Positions 10,356 through 20,324 of a DNA stretch of 58,422 bases are shown piece after piece; position 1 is the stretch's first letter; each line of letters opens with the position of its first letter. Both the position numbers and the translations under genes were made by a program. This DNA is from a virus (taxonomy: Duplodnaviria; Caudoviricetes): IMG/VR virus record IMGVR_UViG_3300021963_000148, positions 1 to 58,422 of that record; one strand, 5' to 3'. The notes under the pieces were generated by a model. It made no database searches. It saw only the letters and a program-made list of their open reading frames with translations, and had not been told where the DNA came from.

Positions 10356-13300
10356 ATGGCTGAGTTTAAATTAGGTAGAATACGATTTATTTGGAAAGGC
10401 AATTGGACTGCCGGAACCGCCTACGTCAAAGACGACGTGGTTCGAGTAAACGGTAAAGTCTTTATTTGCGTTATTGGCCACACTGCCGATACTGATTTCT
10501 ATGTAGATTCTGAAAATGTTCCAGCAAGATGGAATCAAATTGCTGACGGTTCAGAATGGCGAGGAGATTGGGTAACCAACGAAGTTTATTACAAAAACGA
10601 CATAGTAAAATATGGCGGACAAGTGTACATCTGTACAGTTGGTCATACATCAGCAGCATCAATTACATTAGGTTTAGAAACTGATTTAAATTTAGGTGAT
10701 AGCACATTATCTAAATGGGATCAATTTGCTGAAAGTTTTGATTGGAAAGGCGATTGGTCAGCAGCTACACGATATAAAGAAAACGATATTGTAAAATACG
10801 GCGGCAATCTTTATCTTTGTAATCTAGGACATACATCTGCTTCTACTATTACTCAAGGTCTTGAGGGTCTAGGTCGAATAACTCCGGGCATTCAAGAAGA
10901 TATTGGAAAATGGGATATCTATTCTGAAGCATTTGATTGGAAAACTGACTGGGCTGTAGCTACTAGATACAAAATCAATGACGTTGTTAAATTTGGCGGC
11001 ACTACATATGTTTGTAATCTAGGACATACATCTGCCGCAACATTTACTCTTGGCCTAGAAGCCGATCAATCCAACTGGGATTATTTTAATCAAGGGATTG
11101 AATATCTAAGCGATTGGGACAATTTTAACGTTGATTATAAAATTAACGATGTAGTAAAGTATGGCGCAAGTCTTTGGATATGTACAGCCAAGCATACTTC
11201 TAGCCTAACAACTACATTTGAAGCTGATGAAGATGCTGGTCGTTGGGCTAGATTTGTTGAAGGCTTAGAGTTTGAAAGTTCTTGGAATACACTAACTATC
11301 TATCAGCCAGGCGATGTGATTACCTACGGTGGTTTTGCTTATATTTCTAAAACAAACCATAGCGGCATTGCTCCTACAACACCAACCACTGGTGCTGTGA
11401 ACTGGGATTTATTTACAACTGGTTTTAAACTACAAAACGATTGGAACTATTCTTTAGATTATAAGATTGGCGACGTAGTAAGACTTAATGGTTATACATA
11501 TACTGCTATCGTTGATGTTCCAAACATAGTAACCACAGCAACTGCAACAGACATTGCTACAAAACGTATCACAGTAACAGATACTACAGGATTTGTAGTA
11601 GGCATGAGTGTGAGATTTGGCGGCACTCTATTTGGAAATTTACAAAACAATGTCACTTACTATGTAAATTCAATACCATCAGGAACAGAATTTACGATTC
11701 GTGTAACAGAATCTGGATCAACACCTGTTGATGTTCAATCATCAACAGGATCAATGACTGTTACAGTAACACCACAGCCACCAAACGCTAGTTATTGGTC
11801 AAGATTAAACAGCGGCATACGCTGGTTTGGCCAATGGCAAGACGATTACGATTATGTGTTAGGTGATGCTGTTAGCTATGGACCTAACAGCTATATTTGT
11901 ATTAACCCACATCATTCAGAAGGGGACGACGGGTCTACATTAACTGTAGGATCTCTAACAACCAGACCGGACGTTGATGTTTCTGGCACATACTGGAATG
12001 TATTAACAGTTGGTAGCGAAACAAATGTTCTAACTACACAGGGCGATATTGTCTATTATGGCGGCGCAGGCCCTACAAGATTACCAATTGGCGCAGATGG
12101 TCAAGTGTTAGTAGTCAACAATGCTGCGGCACCTCAATGGAAATATTGGGGACTCATTGATCAATTATACTATGTTGATATCAACGGTACAGACAGCCCA
12201 GCGCCAACATGGGGGATCACATTAGACAAACCATGGAACACCATACAATATGCTTGTCAACAAATTGAAAAAGGCGCACGAAATCCTAATGCTGCCTATG
12301 CTTTAGAAATTAATAGACAATTTATTCAACGAGAAACTGTTGAATGGATTGATTATCAACGAACAAATAACATTTCTCCGTTTGTTTCTGGCTTTACCTA
12401 CGACAAGACTAAATGTGAACGAGATGTTGGTTATATTTTAGATGCGTTAATTAAAGATGTACGTCAAGGCGGTAATGCTAATACACGTAGAGCAACATTA
12501 GAGTATATTAATAATGCTCCAAACGTTTATTCTTTAGGTCAAGAACAAGAAACTGTGGCAGCTCTTCAGTATGCTATCAACACATTGGCAATTGCTGCTG
12601 TGTTAACTGGTACTCCGCCTGCTGCTAATTACCAAACATTAAACGGCATCTCAGTTGGCAATAGAATCTTACAAATAACAGGCCTAGATGACACTGAACA
12701 AGATGCTTTAAATCAATTAGCTGATCTAAAAGACATAGTGTATGTTAACGTATTAGCTGGTACAACAACAAATTTACCATTAGAAGTACTACCACAAAGA
12801 ACTATTCTAGCTAAGACTGGTGTGTATTATGAAACACTGCCAATTGTTGTGCCTATTAACACAGCAGTAGTTGGTGACGAACTACGATCAACAAATATTA
12901 GACCAGCAGCATCGCAGATTGGATCCGGTGATGTAGCTAAGAGCCTTGATGCTCTGTCACGAATCAGCGCAATAATCAGTGATATTGTACAGGGTAACAC
13001 AGTAGCAAAAACAACAACAGGTTCAAATCCTAACACAGTAGTTCAAAGTCAAACTAAACCGTTTGCTACCGCTACTCAAGGAACCCTGTTAACAGGTTTA
13101 ATAACCAACGCAACAGCATATATTAATTTTTATATCAACGCAACCGGATCTGCTCCTACAATGTCTGGCAGTAACAGTCCAGTGTCATCATATGATGTAT
13201 ATGCTGCTGTTCGTCAATTAGAACTTAATAAAGACTTTATCATTGCTGAAGTTCATGCTTACATAGCATTAACATATCCTTCATATACCTACACACTAGC

Positions 13301-16300
13301 TGCGTGTGCTAGAGATGTTAGCGAATACATAAATGCTTTCAAATATGACTTAATTTACACAGGCAATTACGCAACATTAGTTACTGCTCAATTATACAAA
13401 AACGGTGTAACTGGTTCAATATCAGAGAATATGTTCTTTGTAAGAAACAGCACCGGTCTTCGTAATTGTACTGTACAAGGCCTAACAGGAACACTTGGAG
13501 CTCCTAATGCTTTTGGAACTAGACGACCAACTGCTGGTGCTTATGTTTCCTTAGATCCAGGTTGGGGGACAGGTGATATAAGAGCTTGGATTACCACAAG
13601 ATCATGCTATGTACAAAACGTTACTACCTTTGGTACAGCCTGCGTTGGTCTAATGATTGATGGCAATTTACATGCTGGTGGAAATAAATCTGTAGTTGCC
13701 AACGACTTTACACAGGTATTATCAGATGGTATTGGTGTATGGTGTACGAATTTAGCTAGAACAGAGCTTGTTTCTGTGTTCTCATATTATGGACATATTG
13801 GTTATCTAGCAGAAAACGGTGGTAAGATTCGTGCTACTAACGGTAATAGCTCATATGGTACATTTGGTTGCGTATCTGAAGGTGTTGATCCAACAGAAAC
13901 TGCTATCACTGGCACTGTAAATAACAGATTTGAAGAAGCAGCAGTATCAAAAGTTATAACAAACAACAGTTCAATTCAACGTGTTGAATTTTTAAATGCT
14001 GGTAGTGACTATACATCAGGAACATTTACATTTAACGGCGCTGGTATTAATGCTGAAACAGTTGGCAACGAAGTTCGAGACAACGCTGTTTTTGAAGTAA
14101 GATTGTTAGACTTAGATGATAGTTCTGGACAGTTTGGCGGTCAAGATTATGTCAGCGTTGAAAACGTGGCACAAACTGGATCTAGCACATCAATCACGTT
14201 AGCAGCCACAGACGCAAACACTAGTTCTGCTTATGTTGGAATGAGAATATTGTTAACAGGCGGTACTGGTCAATCACAATTTGGTTACATCAATTCTTAT
14301 AACAGTGGTACTAAAGTAGCACAGATTTACAAAGAATCAACGGGCACAGCAGGTTGGGATCACAGTGTTCCAGGCACAACAATTACTGCGCCTGATGCGT
14401 CAACACAATACATTATTGAACCAAGATTAACATTCACAGCACCGGCATTTACTGACACTGTTACTAATACACTACCAGTAACAGTTGGCATTAATGAAGT
14501 GATATATGCTCCAACAAGATCGTCACACCCAGCAACTTCAGCTACAGGTGGCGCAGGCACGCTGGCAACATTTGATGTTATAAGAATTGGATTAGTGTAC
14601 ACAGTGACTCTAAATTCAGGAGGGTCGGGATACGTTGTAGGAAATACTCTAACGATTGCAGGTACTAGTGTTAACGGTGCTACTCCTACTAATGATATTA
14701 CAATAACTGTAACTAACGTCACATCACCTGCTGGAGTTATCACAGGGTTTACTTCTAGCGGGTACGCTCGTGGTGGCAATTACGTAGCTGTTCCGATCAG
14801 CGGCGCTTCTGGAATGTATTCGCAAGATGCTGTAACATGGACATCAAGTACATTGCCAGCAACTCAAGCATGGTCCAGCGCAGCATTTGGTACAATTGGC
14901 TCTACAGAATATGTAGTAGCACTGCCAAGTTCGGGATCAACCTCGGCGGCATCAAGTACCAATGGCGGCGAAACATGGGCATTAGCAACATTACCACAAA
15001 CTGGAACATATACAGCAGTGGCATTTGGTAATTCAAGATTTGTTGGAGTACGCAGCGATTCCGCTACTCCAGTAGTTTCGACAAACGGTACAACATGGGC
15101 AAACGGTTCTAACACATTGCCGACTGCTACTAGTTGGACTTCGATCACATACGGCGGCGGGAAATTTGTTGCTGTAGCAACAGGCACTAACACTGCCACA
15201 TATAGTTTAGACGGTATAACATGGGCTTCTGCTACATTACCATCTAGCACTACATGGTCAAGTGTGTCCTATGGTAACAACAGATTTGTTGCTGTAAACT
15301 CAACAGGAACAGCAGCCGCATACAGTACAAATGGTACATCATGGACCGCTGTAAGTTCGCCTCCAGGTGCTAACAGAGTGTCTTACGGTCAGGGAGTGTT
15401 CCTTGGAACACGTATTGACTCTGCTGGTACTTCTATTTGGACTTCACCTGATGGTATAGTATGGACTACACGAACCGTGACTAGCGGTCGATATGCTAAA
15501 CCTGCTTTAGGAAATTCAAATTGGACTCCTCGTTGGGCGTTGATCAATAATACTACAGGCACTACAGGAAGATACGTAGTTGCTGGTGCTACAACACAGG
15601 CAAGATGTACAGTAACTGACGGAAAAATTACAGAAATTAGAATTGTAGAACCTGGTAGCGGCTACTCAAGTGCTCCTACTATGACTGTTACTGATCCTAA
15701 CAATACCTACGAAGTGCCATTTACAGTGAGAACAGGCCGTGGTGCTCTAGCAAATCCATCCTTTAGTAACAGAGGAACTTTATGGGTAACTGCTACAGCA
15801 ACAATTACTGGTAATGGATATGCTGATTTATTCCAGCCTGGCAGTTATGTTGACGTTAAAGATTTGTTCAGCGTACCAGTAGCAGGCTCAAACGTTGTAT
15901 TCTCAAGCCTACCAAACAATTATTACAAATTAGTTACAGTTACAAATCTAGCAGGTACTGGACCTTATACTGCTAGATTACAGGTTAGCCCTCCAATAAC
16001 AATCGCTGAAGCACCTGCGCACAACGAATCTTTTGAAGCAAGAATTCGTTATTCACAGTGTCGTTTGACTGGACATGACTTCTTAGATATTGGTACTGGT
16101 AACTTTGCTAATACCAACTACCCAGGATTGCCTTTACAAAACCCTGTTCAAGCATCAGAAACAGTGGAAGGCGGCGGAGGACGAGTGTTCTTTACATCAA
16201 CAGACCAAGACGGTAACTTCCGTGTTGGTGATCTGTTTACTATTGAACAGGCAACAGGTACTGCTAGTTTGAATGCTTCAGCGTTTAATTTAGCTGGACT

Positions 16301-16619
16301 ACAAGAACTTCAGTTGGGTTCTGTGGAATTAGGAACTGGCGGAGCAACAATTACTGAATTTAGTACAGACCCGTTCTTTACAGCTGATTCAGATAGTGTA
16401 ATTCCAACACAACGGGCAATTAAAGCGTATATTGCGTCTCAGATTGGTTCAGGTTCTAGTACTTTGAACGTAAATACACTTACCGCAGGTTCGGTATTTG
16501 TATCTGGGTCAACTATTACAACAACTACTGGATTCAAAATTACAGTTAACACTAAATTTGAATTTACCCGTGGAATTGACGGATACCCAGTAGCAATGAA
16601 TTTGTTCTTACAAGGATAA
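10356..16619 (+). CDS. Giant virion/tail protein, paralogue of 4195..10302, with KCxRD helical insertions
   Basis: Same start (MAEFKLGRIRFIW vs MAEFKISRIKFTW) and near-identical core (ANDFTQVLSDGIGVWCTN...ELVSVFSYYGHIGYLAENGGKIRATNGNSSYGT); one propeller block. The ATG at 10356 follows a GGAG RBS. Confidence 0.75.
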   Translation: MAEFKLGRIRFIWKGNWTAGTAYVKDDVVRVNGKVFICVIGHTADTDFYVDSENVPARWNQIADGSEWRGDWVTNEVYYKNDIVKYGGQVYICTVGHTSAASITLGLETDLNLGDSTLSKWDQFAESFDWKGDWSAATRYKENDIVKYGGNLYLCNLGHTSASTITQGLEGLGRITPGIQEDIGKWDIYSEAFDWKTDWAVATRYKINDVVKFGGTTYVCNLGHTSAATFTLGLEADQSNWDYFNQGIEYLSDWDNFNVDYKINDVVKYGASLWICTAKHTSSLTTTFEADEDAGRWARFVEGLEFESSWNTLTIYQPGDVITYGGFAYISKTNHSGIAPTTPTTGAVNWDLFTTGFKLQNDWNYSLDYKIGDVVRLNGYTYTAIVDVPNIVTTATATDIATKRITVTDTTGFVVGMSVRFGGTLFGNLQNNVTYYVNSIPSGTEFTIRVTESGSTPVDVQSSTGSMTVTVTPQPPNASYWSRLNSGIRWFGQWQDDYDYVLGDAVSYGPNSYICINPHHSEGDDGSTLTVGSLTTRPDVDVSGTYWNVLTVGSETNVLTTQGDIVYYGGAGPTRLPIGADGQVLVVNNAAAPQWKYWGLIDQLYYVDINGTDSPAPTWGITLDKPWNTIQYACQQIEKGARNPNAAYALEINRQFIQRETVEWIDYQRTNNISPFVSGFTYDKTKCERDVGYILDALIKDVRQGGNANTRRATLEYINNAPNVYSLGQEQETVAALQYAINTLAIAAVLTGTPPAANYQTLNGISVGNRILQITGLDDTEQDALNQLADLKDIVYVNVLAGTTTNLPLEVLPQRTILAKTGVYYETLPIVVPINTAVVGDELRSTNIRPAASQIGSGDVAKSLDALSRISAIISDIVQGNTVAKTTTGSNPNTVVQSQTKPFATATQGTLLTGLITNATAYINFYINATGSAPTMSGSNSPVSSYDVYAAVRQLELNKDFIIAEVHAYIALTYPSYTYTLAACARDVSEYINAFKYDLIYTGNYATLVTAQLYKNGVTGSISENMFFVRNSTGLRNCTVQGLTGTLGAPNAFGTRRPTAGAYVSLDPGWGTGDIRAWITTRSCYVQNVTTFGTACVGLMIDGNLHAGGNKSVVANDFTQVLSDGIGVWCTNLARTELVSVFSYYGHIGYLAENGGKIRATNGNSSYGTFGCVSEGVDPTETAITGTVNNRFEEAAVSKVITNNSSIQRVEFLNAGSDYTSGTFTFNGAGINAETVGNEVRDNAVFEVRLLDLDDSSGQFGGQDYVSVENVAQTGSSTSITLAATDANTSSAYVGMRILLTGGTGQSQFGYINSYNSGTKVAQIYKESTGTAGWDHSVPGTTITAPDASTQYIIEPRLTFTAPAFTDTVTNTLPVTVGINEVIYAPTRSSHPATSATGGAGTLATFDVIRIGLVYTVTLNSGGSGYVVGNTLTIAGTSVNGATPTNDITITVTNVTSPAGVITGFTSSGYARGGNYVAVPISGASGMYSQDAVTWTSSTLPATQAWSSAAFGTIGSTEYVVALPSSGSTSAASSTNGGETWALATLPQTGTYTAVAFGNSRFVGVRSDSATPVVSTNGTTWANGSNTLPTATSWTSITYGGGKFVAVATGTNTATYSLDGITWASATLPSSTTWSSVSYGNNRFVAVNSTGTAAAYSTNGTSWTAVSSPPGANRVSYGQGVFLGTRIDSAGTSIWTSPDGIVWTTRTVTSGRYAKPALGNSNWTPRWALINNTTGTTGRYVVAGATTQARCTVTDGKITEIRIVEPGSGYSSAPTMTVTDPNNTYEVPFTVRTGRGALANPSFSNRGTLWVTATATITGNGYADLFQPGSYVDVKDLFSVPVAGSNVVFSSLPNNYYKLVTVTNLAGTGPYTARLQVSPPITIAEAPAHNESFEARIRYSQCRLTGHDFLDIGTGNFANTNYPGLPLQNPVQASETVEGGGGRVFFTSTDQDGNFRVGDLFTIEQATGTASLNASAFNLAGLQELQLGSVELGTGGATITEFSTDPFFTADSDSVIPTQRAIKAYIASQIGSGSSTLNVNTLTAGSVFVSGSTITTTTGFKITVNTKFEFTRGIDGYPVAMNLFLQG

Positions 16620-16630
16620 TGGAGATTTAA

Positions 16631-16951
16631 ATGGCAACAGGAAGATTAGGAGCATCAGACCTTTCAGCAGCGACAAATACGTCGCTATACACTTGCCCCT
16701 CAGATACATTTGCGGTTATTTCAGTATCGCTGTGTAACAGGGCTAACCAAGCATGTAATATACGTATGGCAGTGGCTAATGCTGCTACGCCAACAAATGC
16801 TGAATGGATAGAATTTGACACGGAACTTTTAGGTAAAGGTGTGCTTGAAAGAACTGGTATAGTCATGGACGCAGGCAAAATTTTGGTGGTTTACAGTAAC
16901 CAAGCCAACGTTAGCGCAGTGGCGTTTGGACTCGAAACATCTACGATTTAA
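16631..16951 (+). CDS. Small virion-associated protein
   Basis: 106 aa, GGAGA RBS; MATGRLGASDLSAATNTSLYTCP-type small structural ORF. Confidence 0.6.
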   Translation: MATGRLGASDLSAATNTSLYTCPSDTFAVISVSLCNRANQACNIRMAVANAATPTNAEWIEFDTELLGKGVLERTGIVMDAGKILVVYSNQANVSAVAFGLETSTI

Positions 16952-16959
16952 AATAAATA
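16952..16959 (+). promoter_or_regulatory. Late promoter-like AATAAATA
   Basis: TAAATA core just after the stop codon, upstream of 16977. Confidence 0.5.
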
Positions 16960-16976
16960 TTCCATAGGGGACATAA

Positions 16977-17309
16977 ATGGGAAGATATATTACAACAACT
17001 GGCACAGCAGGCACTACTATACGTGAAGTTAGCAGTGCTTTTAATGCTTCAGTTAATGATCGAATTTTAGCAAATTCGTCAGGCGCTGCGTTTACAATTA
17101 CGCTGCCATCGTCATCGACGTTATTTTTGAATGACACAATTCAAATTATTGACATTGGCGGTGTTACAGCAACAAATAACATCACTGTTGCTCGAAACGG
17201 AGCAAAAATACAAAACGTAGCTGACGATTTAACAATTGACATTAACGGGTCTATTATTACTTTGACATATACTGGTTCGAGTTACGGATGGATTGTATCA
17301 TCGGCTTAA
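16977..17309 (+). CDS. Small tail-fibre-type beta-sandwich protein
   Basis: AFTITLP...DTIQIID...NNITVARNG..I....DLTID....ITLTY.G..YGW resembles T4 gp9/gp10/gp34-type fibre modules. Confidence 0.55.
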   Translation: MGRYITTTGTAGTTIREVSSAFNASVNDRILANSSGAAFTITLPSSSTLFLNDTIQIIDIGGVTATNNITVARNGAKIQNVADDLTIDINGSIITLTYTGSSYGWIVSSA

Positions 17310-17351
17310 TGATGAAACTAATGTTTACAACAAATAGGAAGCGAGAAAACT

Positions 17352-18326
17352 ATGCCTGTATCATTTAAAAGCCTGATAGGGACCAAAACAAATAGTTTCT
17401 ACACCACTAACGGTGATGAAAGCAATTTGGAAAGAGGTCGAGTATGGAGCTATACACCAGGTAACGATTTTTCACAGTTTGCCATGTGCTGGATTGCCCC
17501 GTCCCGCGGTACTGCTGTGATTGAAATTTGGGGTGCTGGCGGAAGTACTGGTCGCATGTGCTGTTGTGGAGGTGGTACTCCTGGCAACGCCGGAGCATAC
17601 TCTAAAAAAACAATTAAGATGGAAGCTGGTTGTTTTATCTGCGGATCAGTGGGTTATGCCTGCGGTAACGATGCTATGTGCTTTAGAGGTTGTTCAGATC
17701 CAACAGGATTATATTGGTACGGCAATTGCGGTACCAGCGGTTGCATGTGCGCTCAAGGTGGCGCAGGCGGCAGAAGTATGTGCTCTACTGGTACATCTTT
17801 GTTCTGTTGCTTTGTAAACCAAAGCCATTGTTTTTCTGGACCATACAATGATAACTGCGGATTGATTTGTAACTACTTCGGTGGTATTTGGATTGCCTGT
17901 GCCTACGGCGGTGATGTTAATCGATGTGGACATTTTTCATGTTCACTGTTTGTTGGCTGCTCGCCACAGTGTCCTTGTTCATTCCAATATTTTATGGCTA
18001 CACCTGCTGGTCAATTTGCCAAATGTGGCGGAGTTGTTCAGTTTGGTGTTGAAGACGGTAATGAGTTTTCAAACTGGTCAGGGCAGGGCCCACACCAACA
18101 TCAAGCAGGATTAAACGGATTATCTAGAAAACCCAATGGCGGTGTGCCTTGGGCATACTGCTGGGGAGCTGGTGTAGGTTGCGGCTGTTACGAAAACCAA
18201 GGCTGCTCAACAAACATGCCACCGGGTCATCCTGCTATGGCTGTTCACCCATGCCCTGGCGTTAGAGACAACGGTAACCGCGGTGGTCACGGCGCAATAA
18301 GAATTAAGTTTATCGAAGGAATTTAA
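17352..18326 (+). CDS. Cys/Gly-rich putative adhesin, paralogue 1
   Basis: About 30 Cys in 324 aa (hand count); W.AP...IEIWGAGG...GGHGAIRIKF glycine-rich-domain frame. Confidence 0.6.
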   Translation: MPVSFKSLIGTKTNSFYTTNGDESNLERGRVWSYTPGNDFSQFAMCWIAPSRGTAVIEIWGAGGSTGRMCCCGGGTPGNAGAYSKKTIKMEAGCFICGSVGYACGNDAMCFRGCSDPTGLYWYGNCGTSGCMCAQGGAGGRSMCSTGTSLFCCFVNQSHCFSGPYNDNCGLICNYFGGIWIACAYGGDVNRCGHFSCSLFVGCSPQCPCSFQYFMATPAGQFAKCGGVVQFGVEDGNEFSNWSGQGPHQHQAGLNGLSRKPNGGVPWAYCWGAGVGCGCYENQGCSTNMPPGHPAMAVHPCPGVRDNGNRGGHGAIRIKFIEGI

Positions 18327-18327
18327 T

Positions 18328-19326
18328 ATGCCAACGTCGTTTAGATCACTAACAAGAACAAAATTAAATTTTATTGCTGACGAAGAAGAAAATCTCGAAC
18401 AAGGTAGAATTTGGGCATTTACTCACGGCAACGTAAGAACAAAACACTGTACAGGATTTTGTTGGACTGCTCCTAGCGCAGGATGTGTGACATTAGAAAT
18501 ATGGGGTGCTGGCGGCAGCGGCGCAAAAATGTGTTGTTGTGGTGCCGGCATTCCTGGAAATCCAGGTGCTTATTCTAAAAGATCATTTGTCACAAACACA
18601 GGTTGTAAAATCTGCGGTGATGTAGGTTTTAGTTGCGGCAACGCCAATGACCTTTGCTTCCGTGGCTGTTCTGAATCCACGCAGGTATGCTGGTTCAGTT
18701 CAACAACTAATGGTTGTATGTGCGCTCAAGGTGGGCGTGGAGGTACTAGTTACTGCTCCACTGGTACTGCTTTATATTGTTGTTTTATTGCTGGTAATTT
18801 TTGCGGAACACAAGTTGGCAGCCCAGGCTGTGGAATTATATGTAATTATGGTCCAGGCACCGGTACTTGCTGTGCCCAAGCCTATGGCGGTGATGTAAAC
18901 TGTTTTGGTGGATTTAGCTGTGTGAGCTTTTTTGGTTGCTTGCCAACATGTCCTTGTTTGTTTCAATACCACCATGCTATACCAGCAGGCAGATATGCGC
19001 AAGATGGTGGTGTTATTACGTACACTACTGATGCTGACAATGGTGCTGAAAACTGGTCAGGTACTGGATTAAACGGATTTTTAGTTGGACTTGGTGTTGC
19101 TGGAAAAAGTCCATCACATGGATACATGAATAATAACTGCTGGACAGGCGGAAGATCATGTGGGTGCTATGACGGTCAAGGTTGTATAGTGTTTGTGCCG
19201 CCCGGGTTTCCAGGAAGACCAGGAAAGGGATGCCCAGATGTTCGAGATCACGGCGGCCGTGGCGGACATGGTGCTGTGCGTATTCGATTCGTTGCAGCAG
19301 GAACTCGAAACAATTTCTTAGAATAA
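18328..19326 (+). CDS. Cys/Gly-rich putative adhesin, paralogue 2
   Basis: About 32 Cys; WTAP...LEIWGAGGSGAKMCCC...GGRGGHGAVRIRF. Confidence 0.6.
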   Translation: MPTSFRSLTRTKLNFIADEEENLEQGRIWAFTHGNVRTKHCTGFCWTAPSAGCVTLEIWGAGGSGAKMCCCGAGIPGNPGAYSKRSFVTNTGCKICGDVGFSCGNANDLCFRGCSESTQVCWFSSTTNGCMCAQGGRGGTSYCSTGTALYCCFIAGNFCGTQVGSPGCGIICNYGPGTGTCCAQAYGGDVNCFGGFSCVSFFGCLPTCPCLFQYHHAIPAGRYAQDGGVITYTTDADNGAENWSGTGLNGFLVGLGVAGKSPSHGYMNNNCWTGGRSCGCYDGQGCIVFVPPGFPGRPGKGCPDVRDHGGRGGHGAVRIRFVAAGTRNNFLE

Positions 19327-19339
19327 AGAGAGAATACAG

Positions 19340-20302
19340 ATGCCAACGTCGTTACAATTATTAGTTAGATCAAGATCAATAGCTCGAGAAGAAGAGAATA
19401 TCGAAAAAGGTCGTATTTGGGTATATACTCCTGGTACATTTTACACAAATCTTGTTAACGGATTTTGTTGGCAAGCACCAGGGACCGGAACTGCTGTTAT
19501 TGAGCTATGGGGTGCTGGCGGCAGCGGTGGTCGTATGTGCTGTTGCGGTGGCGGCCTTCCGGGCAATGCCGGAGCATACTCAAAACGAACCATACAGGTA
19601 TGCGCAGGAAAATATGTGTGTGGCGGCCTAGGATTTAGCTGCGGCAACGCAGACGCTATTTGTTTCCGTGGTTGTTCAGACTCATCGGGATTATGTTGGC
19701 AGGGTGCTGCTAGTACCAATGGTTGTATGTGTGCGCAAGGCGGCGCTGGCGGAAGATCATTCTGCTCAACAGGCACATCAATGTACTGTTGTTTTGCTGC
19801 TAACGGGTTTTGTGCTCGTGGACCATACAACGACAACTGTGGGTTAATCTGTAACTACTTCAGTGGTATTTGGATTGCCTGTGGTTACGGTGGCGATGTT
19901 AACTGTTGTGGACAGTTTAGTTGTACTTCGTTCAACGGATGTCAACCAAGTTGTACCTGCTGTTTTGCTTATCACATAGCCACACCAGCTAATTTTTATA
20001 GTTGCTGCGGCGGGACTGCTGCTTATCAAACAGAAGATGATAACAGACATACCAATGGACATAACGGTCAAGGTAAGATGCAGTCTATAAACGCAATCGC
20101 ATCATTGAGCAGAAGCCCAACTACGGGAGTTCCTCACAGTTATTGCTGGCGTTCAGATCGTGCTTGTGGCTGTTACGAAATGCAGGGTTGTACACCTTAT
20201 ATTCCACCAGGAACTGGCGGATGGGCACCAAGACCATGTCCAGATCACAGAGATCACGCAGGTCGTGGCGGTCACGGCGCTGTACGCATTAAATTCTTTT
20301 GA
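19340..20302 (+). CDS. Cys/Gly-rich putative adhesin, paralogue 3
   Basis: About 33 Cys; WQAP...IELWGAGGSGGRMCCC...GRGGHGAVRIKFF. Confidence 0.6.
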   Translation: MPTSLQLLVRSRSIAREEENIEKGRIWVYTPGTFYTNLVNGFCWQAPGTGTAVIELWGAGGSGGRMCCCGGGLPGNAGAYSKRTIQVCAGKYVCGGLGFSCGNADAICFRGCSDSSGLCWQGAASTNGCMCAQGGAGGRSFCSTGTSMYCCFAANGFCARGPYNDNCGLICNYFSGIWIACGYGGDVNCCGQFSCTSFNGCQPSCTCCFAYHIATPANFYSCCGGTAAYQTEDDNRHTNGHNGQGKMQSINAIASLSRSPTTGVPHSYCWRSDRACGCYEMQGCTPYIPPGTGGWAPRPCPDHRDHAGRGGHGAVRIKFF

Positions 20303-20308
20303 TAAATA
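20301..20308 (+). promoter_or_regulatory. Late promoter-like GATAAATA
   Basis: TAAATA core overlapping the stop codon, upstream of a GAGG RBS. Confidence 0.5.
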
Positions 20309-20324
20309 GATTTAGAGGATAATT

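Noticed and set aside
17838-19920. Diversity-generating retroelement (TR/VR pair) in the Cys-rich paralogues
   Set aside because: Differences between the similar stretches are mostly synonymous third-position changes, not adenine-specific, and no reverse transcriptase is in the window.
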